In this document: in pieces, positions 1-7,831 of the stretch | How the letters are laid out: each line of letters opens with the position of its first letter | Position numbering within the stretch: position 1 is the stretch's first letter | From: Archangiaceae bacterium | GTDB lineage: Bacteria > Myxococcota > Myxococcia > Myxococcales > Myxococcaceae | Direction: 5' to 3' | Assembly (NCBI GenBank): GCA_043750125.1 | Contig: JAYVCD010000153.1 | Coordinates: forward strand, 1 to 10,578 | DNA length: 10,578 nt | Position numbers and translations under genes: made by a program | Notes under the pieces: generated by a model | Databases searched by the model: none | Told to the model about the DNA's origin: nothing | What the model saw: only the letters and a program-made list of their open reading frames with translations

Positions 1-949
1 TCAGCTCGAGGTCGAGACCCAGGGCCGCCGCAGCTTTGACCTGATATTCGCGCTCGTCGATGACGCCTTGATTGCTGAAATGCACCCCGAAGCAACGCAG
101 CCGCTGACCCTTTTTCAGTGCGAAAGCAGCCACGGCGCTCGAGTCGATGCCGCCGCTGAAAAATGAACCGACCGGCACATCGGACATCAGCTGATCCCCC
201 ACTACCTGGGTGAGCAACGATCGGAGCTCGTAAACCTGATCCTCTGGGCTGCCCTCCCGTTTTGCGAAGCCATCGAGCTGCCAGAAGACGCGAGCGTGGG
301 CTCCGTTCTGATTGACCTCGAGGTACTCGCCCGGACGCAGCTGCTTCACGTGTTTGAAAAAGGTCCGTTCGAACAGCGGCGTATGAAAATGGAGGTACTG
401 ATTGATCGCTTCAGGATCCGCTTCCCGCGGCACATCGGCGCATTCGAGCACCGCCTTGATCTCGCTGCCGAAGACGATCCGCTTCCCGTCGTCGTAGTAG
501 TAGACCTGTTTCACTCCGAGGGGATCACGGGCGAGGATCAGCCTTCGATGACGCGCATCCCAGAATGCGAAGCCGAAGATGCCAGCCGTCTCGCTCAGCG
601 AGCCCGGGCCGTATAGGGACAGCAGGTTAAGAAGCGTCTCTGTGTCTGAGGTGCCTCGAAAGGTCACTCCTTTCGCAGCCAGCTGAGGCCGAAAATCGAG
701 GTGATTGTAGAGTTCTCCGTTGTAGCAGAGCCAACCGCTGCCGTTGGCGGTCGCCATCGGCTGATGACCCGAGGGCGTGGGATCAACGATCGAGAGTCGG
801 CGGTGGCCCAAACCAATCGGACCTTCGACGTAAAACCCTTCGTCGTCCGGTCCGCGGTGGTGCAGCACCCGGGTCATTCGGGTGAGGAGGTCGCGATCGA
901 TGGGTCGGGCGGGATCTGCGTAGTTAAAAATGCCTGCGATTCCACACAT
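1..949 (-). CDS. asnB: Asparagine synthase (glutamine-hydrolysing) family amidotransferase, probably amidating a polysaccharide sugar; 3'-truncated by the window edge
   Basis: Manual translation from ATG at 949 gives MCGIAGIFNY..HRGPDDEG..HRRLSIVD..GHQPM..NGELYN..SDTE..ARDPLGVKQVYY..FGSEIK..MSDVPVGSFFSGGIDSS..DEREY. This is the N-terminal Cys of an Ntn glutaminase domain plus the SGGxDSS PP-loop. It starts 2 nt after the upstream TAG (952-954). Confidence 0.95.
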   Translation of the reverse strand, partial: MCGIAGIFNYADPARPIDRDLLTRMTRVLHHRGPDDEGFYVEGPIGLGHRRLSIVDPTPSGHQPMATANGSGWLCYNGELYNHLDFRPQLAAKGVTFRGTSDTETLLNLLSLYGPGSLSETAGIFGFAFWDARHRRLILARDPLGVKQVYYYDDGKRIVFGSEIKAVLECADVPREADPEAINQYLHFHTPLFERTFFKHVKQLRPGEYLEVNQNGAHARVFWQLDGFAKREGSPEDQVYELRSLLTQVVGDQLMSDVPVGSFFSGGIDSSAVAAFALKKGQRLRCFGVHFSNQGVIDEREYQVKAAAALGLDLEL

Positions 950-951
950 GG

Positions 952-3084
952 CTAGTTCCCGATGGGAGCGCCATCGCGCAGGCTTTGGACCGCCGCGAAC
1001 GAAGCCCAGGTGACGCTGTGCAGGTGCTCCCACGGAATCGGCCAGTCTCCGCCGGTGCGGCAGGTCTCGAGAAAGCGCTCGAGCTCAGCGGCGTGTCCTT
1101 TGTCTTTCCCGCCACTGGCGCGCGTCACTTTGCTGTCCTTCCAGAGTTGAATTTCATCCCATTCGTCAATGACTCCGGTGCGACCGCCTCCGAAGACTTC
1201 GATGCGCTCGCAGGGGCCCGCGCGATCGCCGCCGGCTTGATACGAGATGCTCGAGATGGCTCCGTTGGCATGTCGCATCGAGATGAAGACCCGGTCGTCG
1301 GTCGTCTCGACGCCTCCGACTGCTGCTGACGATTCGGCGAAAACCCGAACGGGCGGACTGCCTACGATTGCGGTGCAGGTGTCGATCGCGTGACACGCCT
1401 CGCCCACGATCCGCCCACCGCCGATGTCACCGTCCTGGGGCCAGGCATTGGCCGGAATCGACCCGGGCGCAAAGCGGTACTGCACCGACAACGGGGCAAT
1501 TCCCTTGAAGTGGGCTCGGAGCTTTTCTGTGCCGGGGGCAAAGCGACGGTTGAAGCCGACCATCAACATCGGGCATTGCTCGCCCAGCTCGTCGACGCAT
1601 GCCGTGATTGCTGTGAGCTCCTCGGGTTTGATGCACAGCGGTTTCTCGACGAAGACGTGCTTGCCGGCTCGAAGACATGCGATCACCATTTCGGCGTGAA
1701 GGTCATGCCGCGTGGCGAGAAGGACCGCGCGGGTCTTCTCGTCGGACAGAAGCTCCTTCAGATCGGTGGTCGCAAAAGAGAACCCCATCTTCTCGCCACT
1801 GAAGACCGCGTTCATTCCCTTGGCCGAGCACAGGCCTCGCAGATCGAACCCTCCCAGACGAGACAGCACGGGCATCATGATCAAGCGGGCGAAGTTTCCT
1901 GCACCGACCATGCTGATGCCGAAGCCCTTCGAGGTCAGCCGGCGGACTTTCAGCTCGAGTCGCCGACGGGGTGGCGCGGTCACCTGGGGGTACGAGAGCA
2001 CGATGCCCAGGAAAGGCTCGCGGTGGGATGTGATCATCTCGTAAGCGTCCGCCGCGTTTTCAATCGGAAAGCGGTGCGAGGTAAGGCGGTCCACCGGCAA
2101 CTTGCCCTGGGCGATGGTTTCCAGCACTGCCTGCATGTTTCGTTGGGCCGTCCATCGGGCGTGGCCAATCGGGTAGTCGATGCCCTTCTCTTCGTACGTG
2201 GGATCGCCGCGACCGGGGCCCAGGGACGAAGAGACGGTGAACTCGAGCTCCTTCATGAAGAAGGGAGGGCGCGGCAAATTGAGGCCGGCGACTCCTACCA
2301 GGACAATTCGCCCTTTGACTCTGCAAGCTTCGGCCGCGAATTCGATCGGCTCGTTGCTCGGCGTTGCAGCGGTAATCAACACCGCGTCAACGCCGACCGA
2401 ACCGGTGAACGCCGCGAGATCCTGCCGAGGAGAGCCCAGGCCGACCGCGTCGGCCCCGAGGCTGCGCGCGAGCTTGAGCTTCTCGGGGTCAATGTCCGTT
2501 CCGAAGACTCGGCACCCTTGCGCTTTCAAAAGGCAGACGGCGATCTGCCCAATCAGGCCCAGGCCGATCACCAGCACCCGATCGCCCAATGAGACCTTGG
2601 CCAGCCGAACGCCTTCGAGCGCGATCGCGCCCACCGAGGCGTAGCAGGCTTGATCAAAACTGACGCCCTCGGGGATCAGCGCGCACAGGTTCCGACCGGC
2701 AACGACGACCCCGGCATGAGGGGCGGCGACTGCGACCCGGTCACCCGGCTTCAAGTCGGTGACTCCGCGGCCGCACTCGATCACGATTCCCGCCGACGAG
2801 TAGCCCAGGGGCATCGGCTCATCGAGCTTGGCCAACACCTGCTGGGTGGTGGTGACCAGCCCTTCCTGCTTCATCTTCTGCAGGACCCGCATCACATGGT
2901 CAGGCCGCTCACGGGCTTTCCCGATCAGGCTCTTCTTGGCCAGCTCGACCACATACCGTTCAGTGCCGGCCGAGACCAAAGAGCAGAGGTTGGCGACGAC
3001 GACCCCCCCGGGAGGCGCGATCGGATCGGGCAACTCTCTGACGGTTGTGGCTCCAGTTCGAATCGATTGAACAACTTGTCTCAT
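952..3084 (-). CDS. Bi-domain oxidoreductase: N-terminal MDR (zinc-ADH-like) domain fused to a C-terminal Gfo/Idh/MocA domain (~710 aa)
   Basis: Track ORF 952..3111; ATG at 3084 (MRQVVQS) is the more plausible start. MDR part has SAGTE, PLGYSSAG, GDRVA, Rossmann GLGLIG and KGRIVLVG. Gfo part has GAGNFA, ATRHDLH, HVFVEKP, MVGFNRRF and GGGRIVGEACHAID. Confidence 0.92.
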   Translation of the reverse strand: MRQVVQSIRTGATTVRELPDPIAPPGGVVVANLCSLVSAGTERYVVELAKKSLIGKARERPDHVMRVLQKMKQEGLVTTTQQVLAKLDEPMPLGYSSAGIVIECGRGVTDLKPGDRVAVAAPHAGVVVAGRNLCALIPEGVSFDQACYASVGAIALEGVRLAKVSLGDRVLVIGLGLIGQIAVCLLKAQGCRVFGTDIDPEKLKLARSLGADAVGLGSPRQDLAAFTGSVGVDAVLITAATPSNEPIEFAAEACRVKGRIVLVGVAGLNLPRPPFFMKELEFTVSSSLGPGRGDPTYEEKGIDYPIGHARWTAQRNMQAVLETIAQGKLPVDRLTSHRFPIENAADAYEMITSHREPFLGIVLSYPQVTAPPRRRLELKVRRLTSKGFGISMVGAGNFARLIMMPVLSRLGGFDLRGLCSAKGMNAVFSGEKMGFSFATTDLKELLSDEKTRAVLLATRHDLHAEMVIACLRAGKHVFVEKPLCIKPEELTAITACVDELGEQCPMLMVGFNRRFAPGTEKLRAHFKGIAPLSVQYRFAPGSIPANAWPQDGDIGGGRIVGEACHAIDTCTAIVGSPPVRVFAESSAAVGGVETTDDRVFISMRHANGAISSISYQAGGDRAGPCERIEVFGGGRTGVIDEWDEIQLWKDSKVTRASGGKDKGHAAELERFLETCRTGGDWPIPWEHLHSVTWASFAAVQSLRDGAPIGN

Positions 3085-3182
3085 GTTGGGTACCCAAGCA
3101 GCGCATAGCACGACGATGCGAAGAGCATCCCAGGGAAGGCGTGCCGTGTTAGTAGGTCGAAAATCACCAGGATCGATTGGAC
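3085..3182. promoter_or_regulatory. Divergent intergenic region expected to hold the promoters of both arms; contains a perfect 12-bp palindrome TTGGGTACCCAA (3086-3097)
   Basis: It lies between head-to-head start codons (3084 minus, 3183 plus). The palindrome is read directly from the sequence. I could not identify convincing -35/-10 hexamers. Confidence 0.55.
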
Positions 3183-4340
3183 ATGCCCCCCCGCTCTTCC
3201 CCTCCGGTGACGCTCAAGCTTGCGATCTGGACCAATATCCCCAATCAGTACCAGCAGCCATTTCAGCAGGCGGTGCGGAATGCCGGGGTGGATCTGGTGG
3301 TGCGGTACTACGAGCGGGTTCCAGCCCAGAGGTTGAAGATGGGCTGGAGCAGCTTCGATTCGCTGCCGGACGGCGAGAAGTTCGTGGAACCGACGCTGAG
3401 CTCGCTCTACGAAATTCCCGACTGGAAAGAGCGGATCCACGTGCTGCCCGGCTACGGAAAGCCGTTCCTGGTGCGGCTGGCGGCGAAGCTCTCGGCCAGC
3501 GGCTGCGAGTGGGTGCACTGGAGCGAGCGGGCCCACCCCGGCTTTCGCTGGCTGGTCACCTACCCTCTCAAAAGGGCCTACTCCGAGCTGCTCAACCGGT
3601 ATGCGTTGGGGGCGTTCGCGAATGGGATCAAAGCGGTCGAGGACTTCGCCCACTGGGGGATCGCGCGCGAGCGGATCGCGGTGCTGACCTATTCGACCCA
3701 GGGGCCCCAAGCCGGCGAGGTCGCGGACCCGGACTGCGTGCGATTCCGGGGAAGCGGGCGGGCCTTCATCACTCTGGGCACCCTCTGTGCGCGGAAAGGG
3801 ACCGACGTTTTGCTACGGGCTTTCGCGCGCGCCACTGAGCAGGCGCCCACCTGGAAGTTGATCCTCGTAGGCGATGATTCTTCGAACGGGGAGTACGCCC
3901 AGCTGGCGGCCGGACTCGGCGTGGCTGACCGGGTGTTGTTCCGGGGGCCGATTACCGCCACGTCGGTCGGCACCGCGATCGCTGCCGCCGATGTGCTCAT
4001 TCAACCGAGCCGGTTCGACGGGTGGGCAGTCACCCTCAACGAGGGCTCGTCGCGCGGGCTGCCCTTGATCGCGACCGAGGCCTGCGGAGCGACCGACCAT
4101 CTGATCGAGTCGGGCAAAAACGGGCTGTGTGCCCGATCGGGTGATGCCGCCTCGCTCGCCGCGGCGATGGGGGCTTATGTCCAGGACGACAGCCTCGTTG
4201 CCCGGCACGGTGCCCACTCGCGTCTGCTCTACGCTCGCTACGCACCGGCGGCGAACGCGCAGCACGTGGTCGAGACGCTGACTATGTGGCGGGCGTTGCA
4301 GGGCGCGGTGATGATCGAACGGGCCGGGGCAAACGCTTGA
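3183..4340 (+). CDS. Glycosyltransferase family 4 (GT-B, retaining), ~385 aa
   Basis: Track ORF 3177..4340; the start could be TTG 3177, ATG 3183 or GTG 3207. Motifs: N-terminal LAIWTNIPNQYQ, FITLGTLCARKGTDVLLRAF, LILVGD, ADVLIQPSRFDGWAVTLNEG..GLPLIAT, IESGKNG. Confidence 0.93.
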   Translation: MPPRSSPPVTLKLAIWTNIPNQYQQPFQQAVRNAGVDLVVRYYERVPAQRLKMGWSSFDSLPDGEKFVEPTLSSLYEIPDWKERIHVLPGYGKPFLVRLAAKLSASGCEWVHWSERAHPGFRWLVTYPLKRAYSELLNRYALGAFANGIKAVEDFAHWGIARERIAVLTYSTQGPQAGEVADPDCVRFRGSGRAFITLGTLCARKGTDVLLRAFARATEQAPTWKLILVGDDSSNGEYAQLAAGLGVADRVLFRGPITATSVGTAIAAADVLIQPSRFDGWAVTLNEGSSRGLPLIATEACGATDHLIESGKNGLCARSGDAASLAAAMGAYVQDDSLVARHGAHSRLLYARYAPAANAQHVVETLTMWRALQGAVMIERAGANA

Positions 4341-5479
4341 AGAGCCCCAAATACCGACTGCTGGCGATGGGGCCGGTGCCACCGCCGATCAACGGAATGT
4401 CGAAGGCTTTCGACCTGCTGGTGAACGGGATTCGCGAGCATGGCTTCGAGGTCCGGGTGGTCGACATCGCCGATCGTTCCGAGCGCCGCCAGAGCGCGTT
4501 CTCATTCGGGCGCGCTTTGACGACACTAAGGTCAGTGGCGAAGGTGTGGGCAAATCTTCCCTGGTGCGACGTCTTTTATCTGCCGATCGCGCAGTCCAAG
4601 CTTGGCTTTCTTAAGGACGCTGCCGTCCTGATGCCGGCAGCCACGCTGAGGCGCCGAACAATTGTCCATCTGCACGGAGGTAATTTTCCGGGCTTTTACA
4701 ACAGCCAGTCGGCTGGGTTGCAGTGGCTGATCCGGCAGGTGATCGGCCGCGCTGAACGGATCATTGTGCTCACGGAAGAGATGCGGGCCGATTTCGCGAT
4801 GATTGAAGGGTGGGAACACTCGACGATCGCAGTCGCCAATGCCTGCGATTTGCCAATCATCGCGAAGGCGCGTCAGCCGCCCGGCTCAGAGTTTCGACTG
4901 CTGTACCTCAGCAACATGATGGTTCAGAAGGGCTACCTCGACCTCCTCGAGGCGCTCGGCCCCCTTGCTGCGTTGCTCCCAGGCAGAAGCATTCGAGCGG
5001 ACTTCGCGGGTGAGTTTCGATTGGATTCGGACGGCGACGGGTATGCCTCGCCTGAGGCGATGCGCCAGGATTTCTACGAGCGCGCCGCGCGGCTTCCGTC
5101 GTCTGTCACTGCGACCTGGCATGGCGTGGTGAAAGGCGAAGAAAAAGCAGTTCTGCTGCGCGACGCGCACGCGTTCGTCCTGCCCACCTACTACGTCAAC
5201 GAAGGTCAACCGATCGCCATCCTCGAGGCTCTCGCCTCTGGACTTCCCGTCGTCGCGACGGATCATCGAGGCATCCGAGCGAGCATGCCGACTTCGTTTT
5301 CCGGTCTGTTGGTGCCTTCTCGAAATCCTGAAGCCCTGGCGCAACGATTGGCGGCGTTAATGCGGGGTACTGACTACAGCCGATTTTCAGGTGACGCGCT
5401 GGCGAGGGCGAAGGAGTACGTGCCGGCAAAACATCTGGAAAAAATGGCAGCGATTCTGTCTATAAAGGCGGAAACGTGA
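4337..5479 (+). CDS. Glycosyltransferase family 4 (GT-B, retaining), ~380 aa
   Basis: Track ORF 4286..5479; TTG at 4337 forms a TTGA overlap with the upstream stop and is the preferred start. Motifs: GPVPPPING, IVHLHGG, LLYLSNMMVQKG, FVLPTYYVNEGQPIAILEALASGLPVVATDHRGI (E-X7-E). Confidence 0.94.
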   Translation: MKSPKYRLLAMGPVPPPINGMSKAFDLLVNGIREHGFEVRVVDIADRSERRQSAFSFGRALTTLRSVAKVWANLPWCDVFYLPIAQSKLGFLKDAAVLMPAATLRRRTIVHLHGGNFPGFYNSQSAGLQWLIRQVIGRAERIIVLTEEMRADFAMIEGWEHSTIAVANACDLPIIAKARQPPGSEFRLLYLSNMMVQKGYLDLLEALGPLAALLPGRSIRADFAGEFRLDSDGDGYASPEAMRQDFYERAARLPSSVTATWHGVVKGEEKAVLLRDAHAFVLPTYYVNEGQPIAILEALASGLPVVATDHRGIRASMPTSFSGLLVPSRNPEALAQRLAALMRGTDYSRFSGDALARAKEYVPAKHLEKMAAILSIKAET

Positions 5480-6801
5480 CGTACGAATCAGCCTTCTTCG
5501 TCGATGTCTTTGTGCTAGTTATCTGCACAGTCCTGCTCGCAAAGTTCGGCAAAATTACCCACTCCCATCCGGCAACGATCTATTTTGTATTTCACCTCGC
5601 GACTTTCACTGGCCGCCTGTTCGCGATCTGGAATGGAGCCATGCCACTTTATGCTGACAGTGCTGCGATCGAAGGGGCGACTGAGGACGAGATAATTCGA
5701 GCAATGCTCTATGCAGACATCGCGCTCGTAGCGATGACGACGGCTTGGATCATTGCCGCGAACCGAAATGCTGGTATTCAAGAGATCGAACAATCCGGCG
5801 CAATACTTAACAAAAAAGTAGTTCTGGCGGTTGCGTTTTTTACACTTCCCCTCGGTCTGTTTGGCCTCTTGACCCAGGTGCGTTTGGGAGGGCAGACAAG
5901 CGGCCTCGTAGTGGGAGGGGGGGTGGAAGAAAGCGGGTATTTCCAAATCCTCCCGGTGTGGCCAGGCCTTGTCTTCTTGGTTCTCATCTACTGCTACGGC
6001 TTTCGTTGGTGGTTGATGATGCCTTTGATTGCGCAACTAACCCTGATGGGCGTGCAGGGGCTTCACCGATTCCGAGTCTTCATCCCTGTCATTCTGCTAA
6101 TCCAAATCTGGCTGGATCGCCGGGGGCGAAAATGGCCGACAACAACGCAAATAGCGCTTATTTTATCATTTGGACTCCTCTTCTTTCCCCTAAAGACGAT
6201 TGGGAGCATGGTTCAAAGCGGAAGAAGCGTGAACGAGATCGCAGACATTTCACAAGAAATCGTTAGCGATGCTCTCGTTGGCCGCGCAGGCGATCAAGTG
6301 TTGCTCGACGAGTTCGCCTGGATGCTCGCCTTGAGCGACGAGGGCGGCAAACTGTACTGGGGAGCGCCCTACTTGGCGATGCTTACCCTTCCAATTCCGA
6401 GGGCATTTTGGATCGACAAGCCTTCAGTTGCCGACTACCTCAAGGAAATCTCTCGGCCTTGGCGCCCGCTTTCACAAATGGGCATGACAGTGACCTTGAT
6501 CGGAGAGGCTTACGCTAATTTCAGTTTACCTGGGATAGTGCTGATTCCGTTTCTGCTCGCTTACGCACTGGGGCGGGCACATCGCATTTTGGTTCGTAAG
6601 CGCTACGGCACCGTTGCGCACTTCACGTACTTGTTGGTCGCCTGCAATCTCCTACAAGTCTACCGCGATGGTCTCACCTCGATCGTTGTCTTTACTTTCG
6701 TCCACATGATGCCGCTCACGTTGATCGTTTTCTTACAATACGTGATCGACAGGGGCGCAAGCACGCGCTCAGGCGTTACAGTTTCAACGCCGTCCGCCTG
6801 A
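5476..6801 (+). CDS. Putative oligosaccharide repeat-unit polymerase (Wzy-like polytopic membrane protein), 441 aa
   Basis: GTGA start/stop overlap with the upstream GT4. About 10 hydrophobic segments, a large late loop containing LPIPRAFWIDKP and TLIGEAYANFSLPG (the IPR.W..KP and GE.Y.NFG-like patterns seen in many Wzy-annotated proteins), lower GC, and a position among GT genes. Confidence 0.78.
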   Translation: MTYESAFFVDVFVLVICTVLLAKFGKITHSHPATIYFVFHLATFTGRLFAIWNGAMPLYADSAAIEGATEDEIIRAMLYADIALVAMTTAWIIAANRNAGIQEIEQSGAILNKKVVLAVAFFTLPLGLFGLLTQVRLGGQTSGLVVGGGVEESGYFQILPVWPGLVFLVLIYCYGFRWWLMMPLIAQLTLMGVQGLHRFRVFIPVILLIQIWLDRRGRKWPTTTQIALILSFGLLFFPLKTIGSMVQSGRSVNEIADISQEIVSDALVGRAGDQVLLDEFAWMLALSDEGGKLYWGAPYLAMLTLPIPRAFWIDKPSVADYLKEISRPWRPLSQMGMTVTLIGEAYANFSLPGIVLIPFLLAYALGRAHRILVRKRYGTVAHFTYLLVACNLLQVYRDGLTSIVVFTFVHMMPLTLIVFLQYVIDRGASTRSGVTVSTPSA

Positions 6802-6841
6802 ATGTCTTTACTAGACACGAACCACAACCACTTAGGCGCCA

Positions 6842-7831
6842 ATGATTATCACCAGGACACCGCTTAGATACACGATCGGAGGCGGTGGCACAGATCTCCC
6901 AGCCTACTACACTCAACATGGAGGCTTCGTAGTTTCGGCAGCAATCGACAAATACATGTACATCAGCGTCAATCGCCTGATTGTCGAAGACCTAATTCGA
7001 CTCAAATATTCCAAAAGCGAGTCGGCAGTGACCCCGGACGCCATCGAACATGACATCGTGCGAAACACCCTCAAGCTCGTTGGAATTGAAAAGGCGATCG
7101 AGATCAGTTCCCAGGCCGACGTCCCCGGGGGGACGGGCCTCGGTTCATCGAGTTCCTACGCGGTCGGCTTGCTGACTGCGCTCCACGCACTTCAACGCAA
7201 GCACATCTCAACCCAGGACCTCGCTGAGTTGGCCTGCCACGTCGAGATTGACCTTTGCAAGAAGCCGATCGGGAAGCAGGACCAGTACATCGCTGCGCAT
7301 GGGGGAGTCACTGCGTTCCATATCGCCCCGGATGGCAAGGTGCGCGTCGAGGAAGGTGTGTTGCAGCAATCGGTGCTTGACGTGCTCGAGCACAACACAC
7401 TGCTGTTCTATACAGGCATGACCCGGAGCGCGGACAACATCCTCGGCGAGCAGAAGATCGCCCTGAGCAAAAGTGCATCGGCCACCGGCGAATACCTTCA
7501 TCAAATCAAGGAGATCGGTTATCGGATCTTCGAGGCCCTCAAAACTGGAAACGTGACCGACTTCGGTCTGTTGACCCACGAACATTGGCTGGTGAAGCAG
7601 CGCCTGAGTACCAAAATTTCGGACCCCCGCATCAACGACCTTTATCAATTGGCCCGCGACAACGGCGCGCTGGGGGGGAAGATTACCGGGGCTGGCGGCG
7701 GGGGTTTCCTCGTCGTCTACGTCGAAGAACACCGGCAGAAGGTTCGCAAGGCGCTCGAAGGGGCCGGGTTGCGCGAGCTGCGCTATCGCCTCGACTTCGA
7801 TGGCAGCAAGGTCATCGCGAACATTGTATGA
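6842..7831 (+). CDS. GHMP-family sugar kinase, HddA-like (D-glycero-alpha-D-manno-heptose-7-phosphate kinase family), 329 aa
   Basis: Motifs: MIITRTPLRYTIGGGGTD, AIDKYMY, GHMP ATP loop DVPGGTGLGSSSS, IGKQDQY, LLFYTG, GALGGKITGAGGGGF, and C-terminal FDGSKVI. The exact substrate cannot be established from sequence. Confidence 0.88.
   Translation: MIITRTPLRYTIGGGGTDLPAYYTQHGGFVVSAAIDKYMYISVNRLIVEDLIRLKYSKSESAVTPDAIEHDIVRNTLKLVGIEKAIEISSQADVPGGTGLGSSSSYAVGLLTALHALQRKHISTQDLAELACHVEIDLCKKPIGKQDQYIAAHGGVTAFHIAPDGKVRVEEGVLQQSVLDVLEHNTLLFYTGMTRSADNILGEQKIALSKSASATGEYLHQIKEIGYRIFEALKTGNVTDFGLLTHEHWLVKQRLSTKISDPRINDLYQLARDNGALGGKITGAGGGGFLVVYVEEHRQKVRKALEGAGLRELRYRLDFDGSKVIANIV

Noticed and set aside
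1..949. AsnB-like gene as a lasso-peptide cyclase
   Set aside because: It keeps the intact MCGIAG Ntn glutaminase start, no precursor peptide, RRE or peptidase is visible, and the context is glycan biosynthesis.
1390..2592. 400-aa plus-strand ORF antisense to the oxidoreductase (also 296..616, 701..955, 2650..3108)
   Set aside because: No recognisable motifs and it lies wholly opposite a well-supported gene. Such shadow ORFs are expected in GC-rich coding DNA.
3083..3838. 251-aa alternative-frame ORF overlapping the first GT4
   Set aside because: Arg/Gly/Ala-rich composition typical of off-frame GC-rich DNA. The GT4 frame carries the motifs.
4286..4336. Longer N-terminus for the second GT4 (track start 4286)
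   Set aside because: It would overlap the upstream gene by 55 nt with a low-complexity Gly/Arg segment. The TTGA-coupled start at 4337 fits the pattern of the operon.
5476..6801. Membrane protein as a Wzx flippase or WaaL ligase
   Set aside because: The large late loop with IPR.W..KP and GEAY.NF patterns fits Wzy-like polymerases better than the evenly spaced 12-14 TM MOP flippases. A ligase cannot be fully excluded without an HMM or structure search.
3003..7678. G7/C7 homopolymer runs (3003-3009, 3186-3192, 5917-5923, 7672-7678) as phase-variation tracts
   Set aside because: They are only 7 nt, all frames are intact, they encode Gly/Pro stretches, and a few such runs are expected by chance at this GC content. 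Length variation in reads would reopen the question, especially for the C7 right after ATG 3183.
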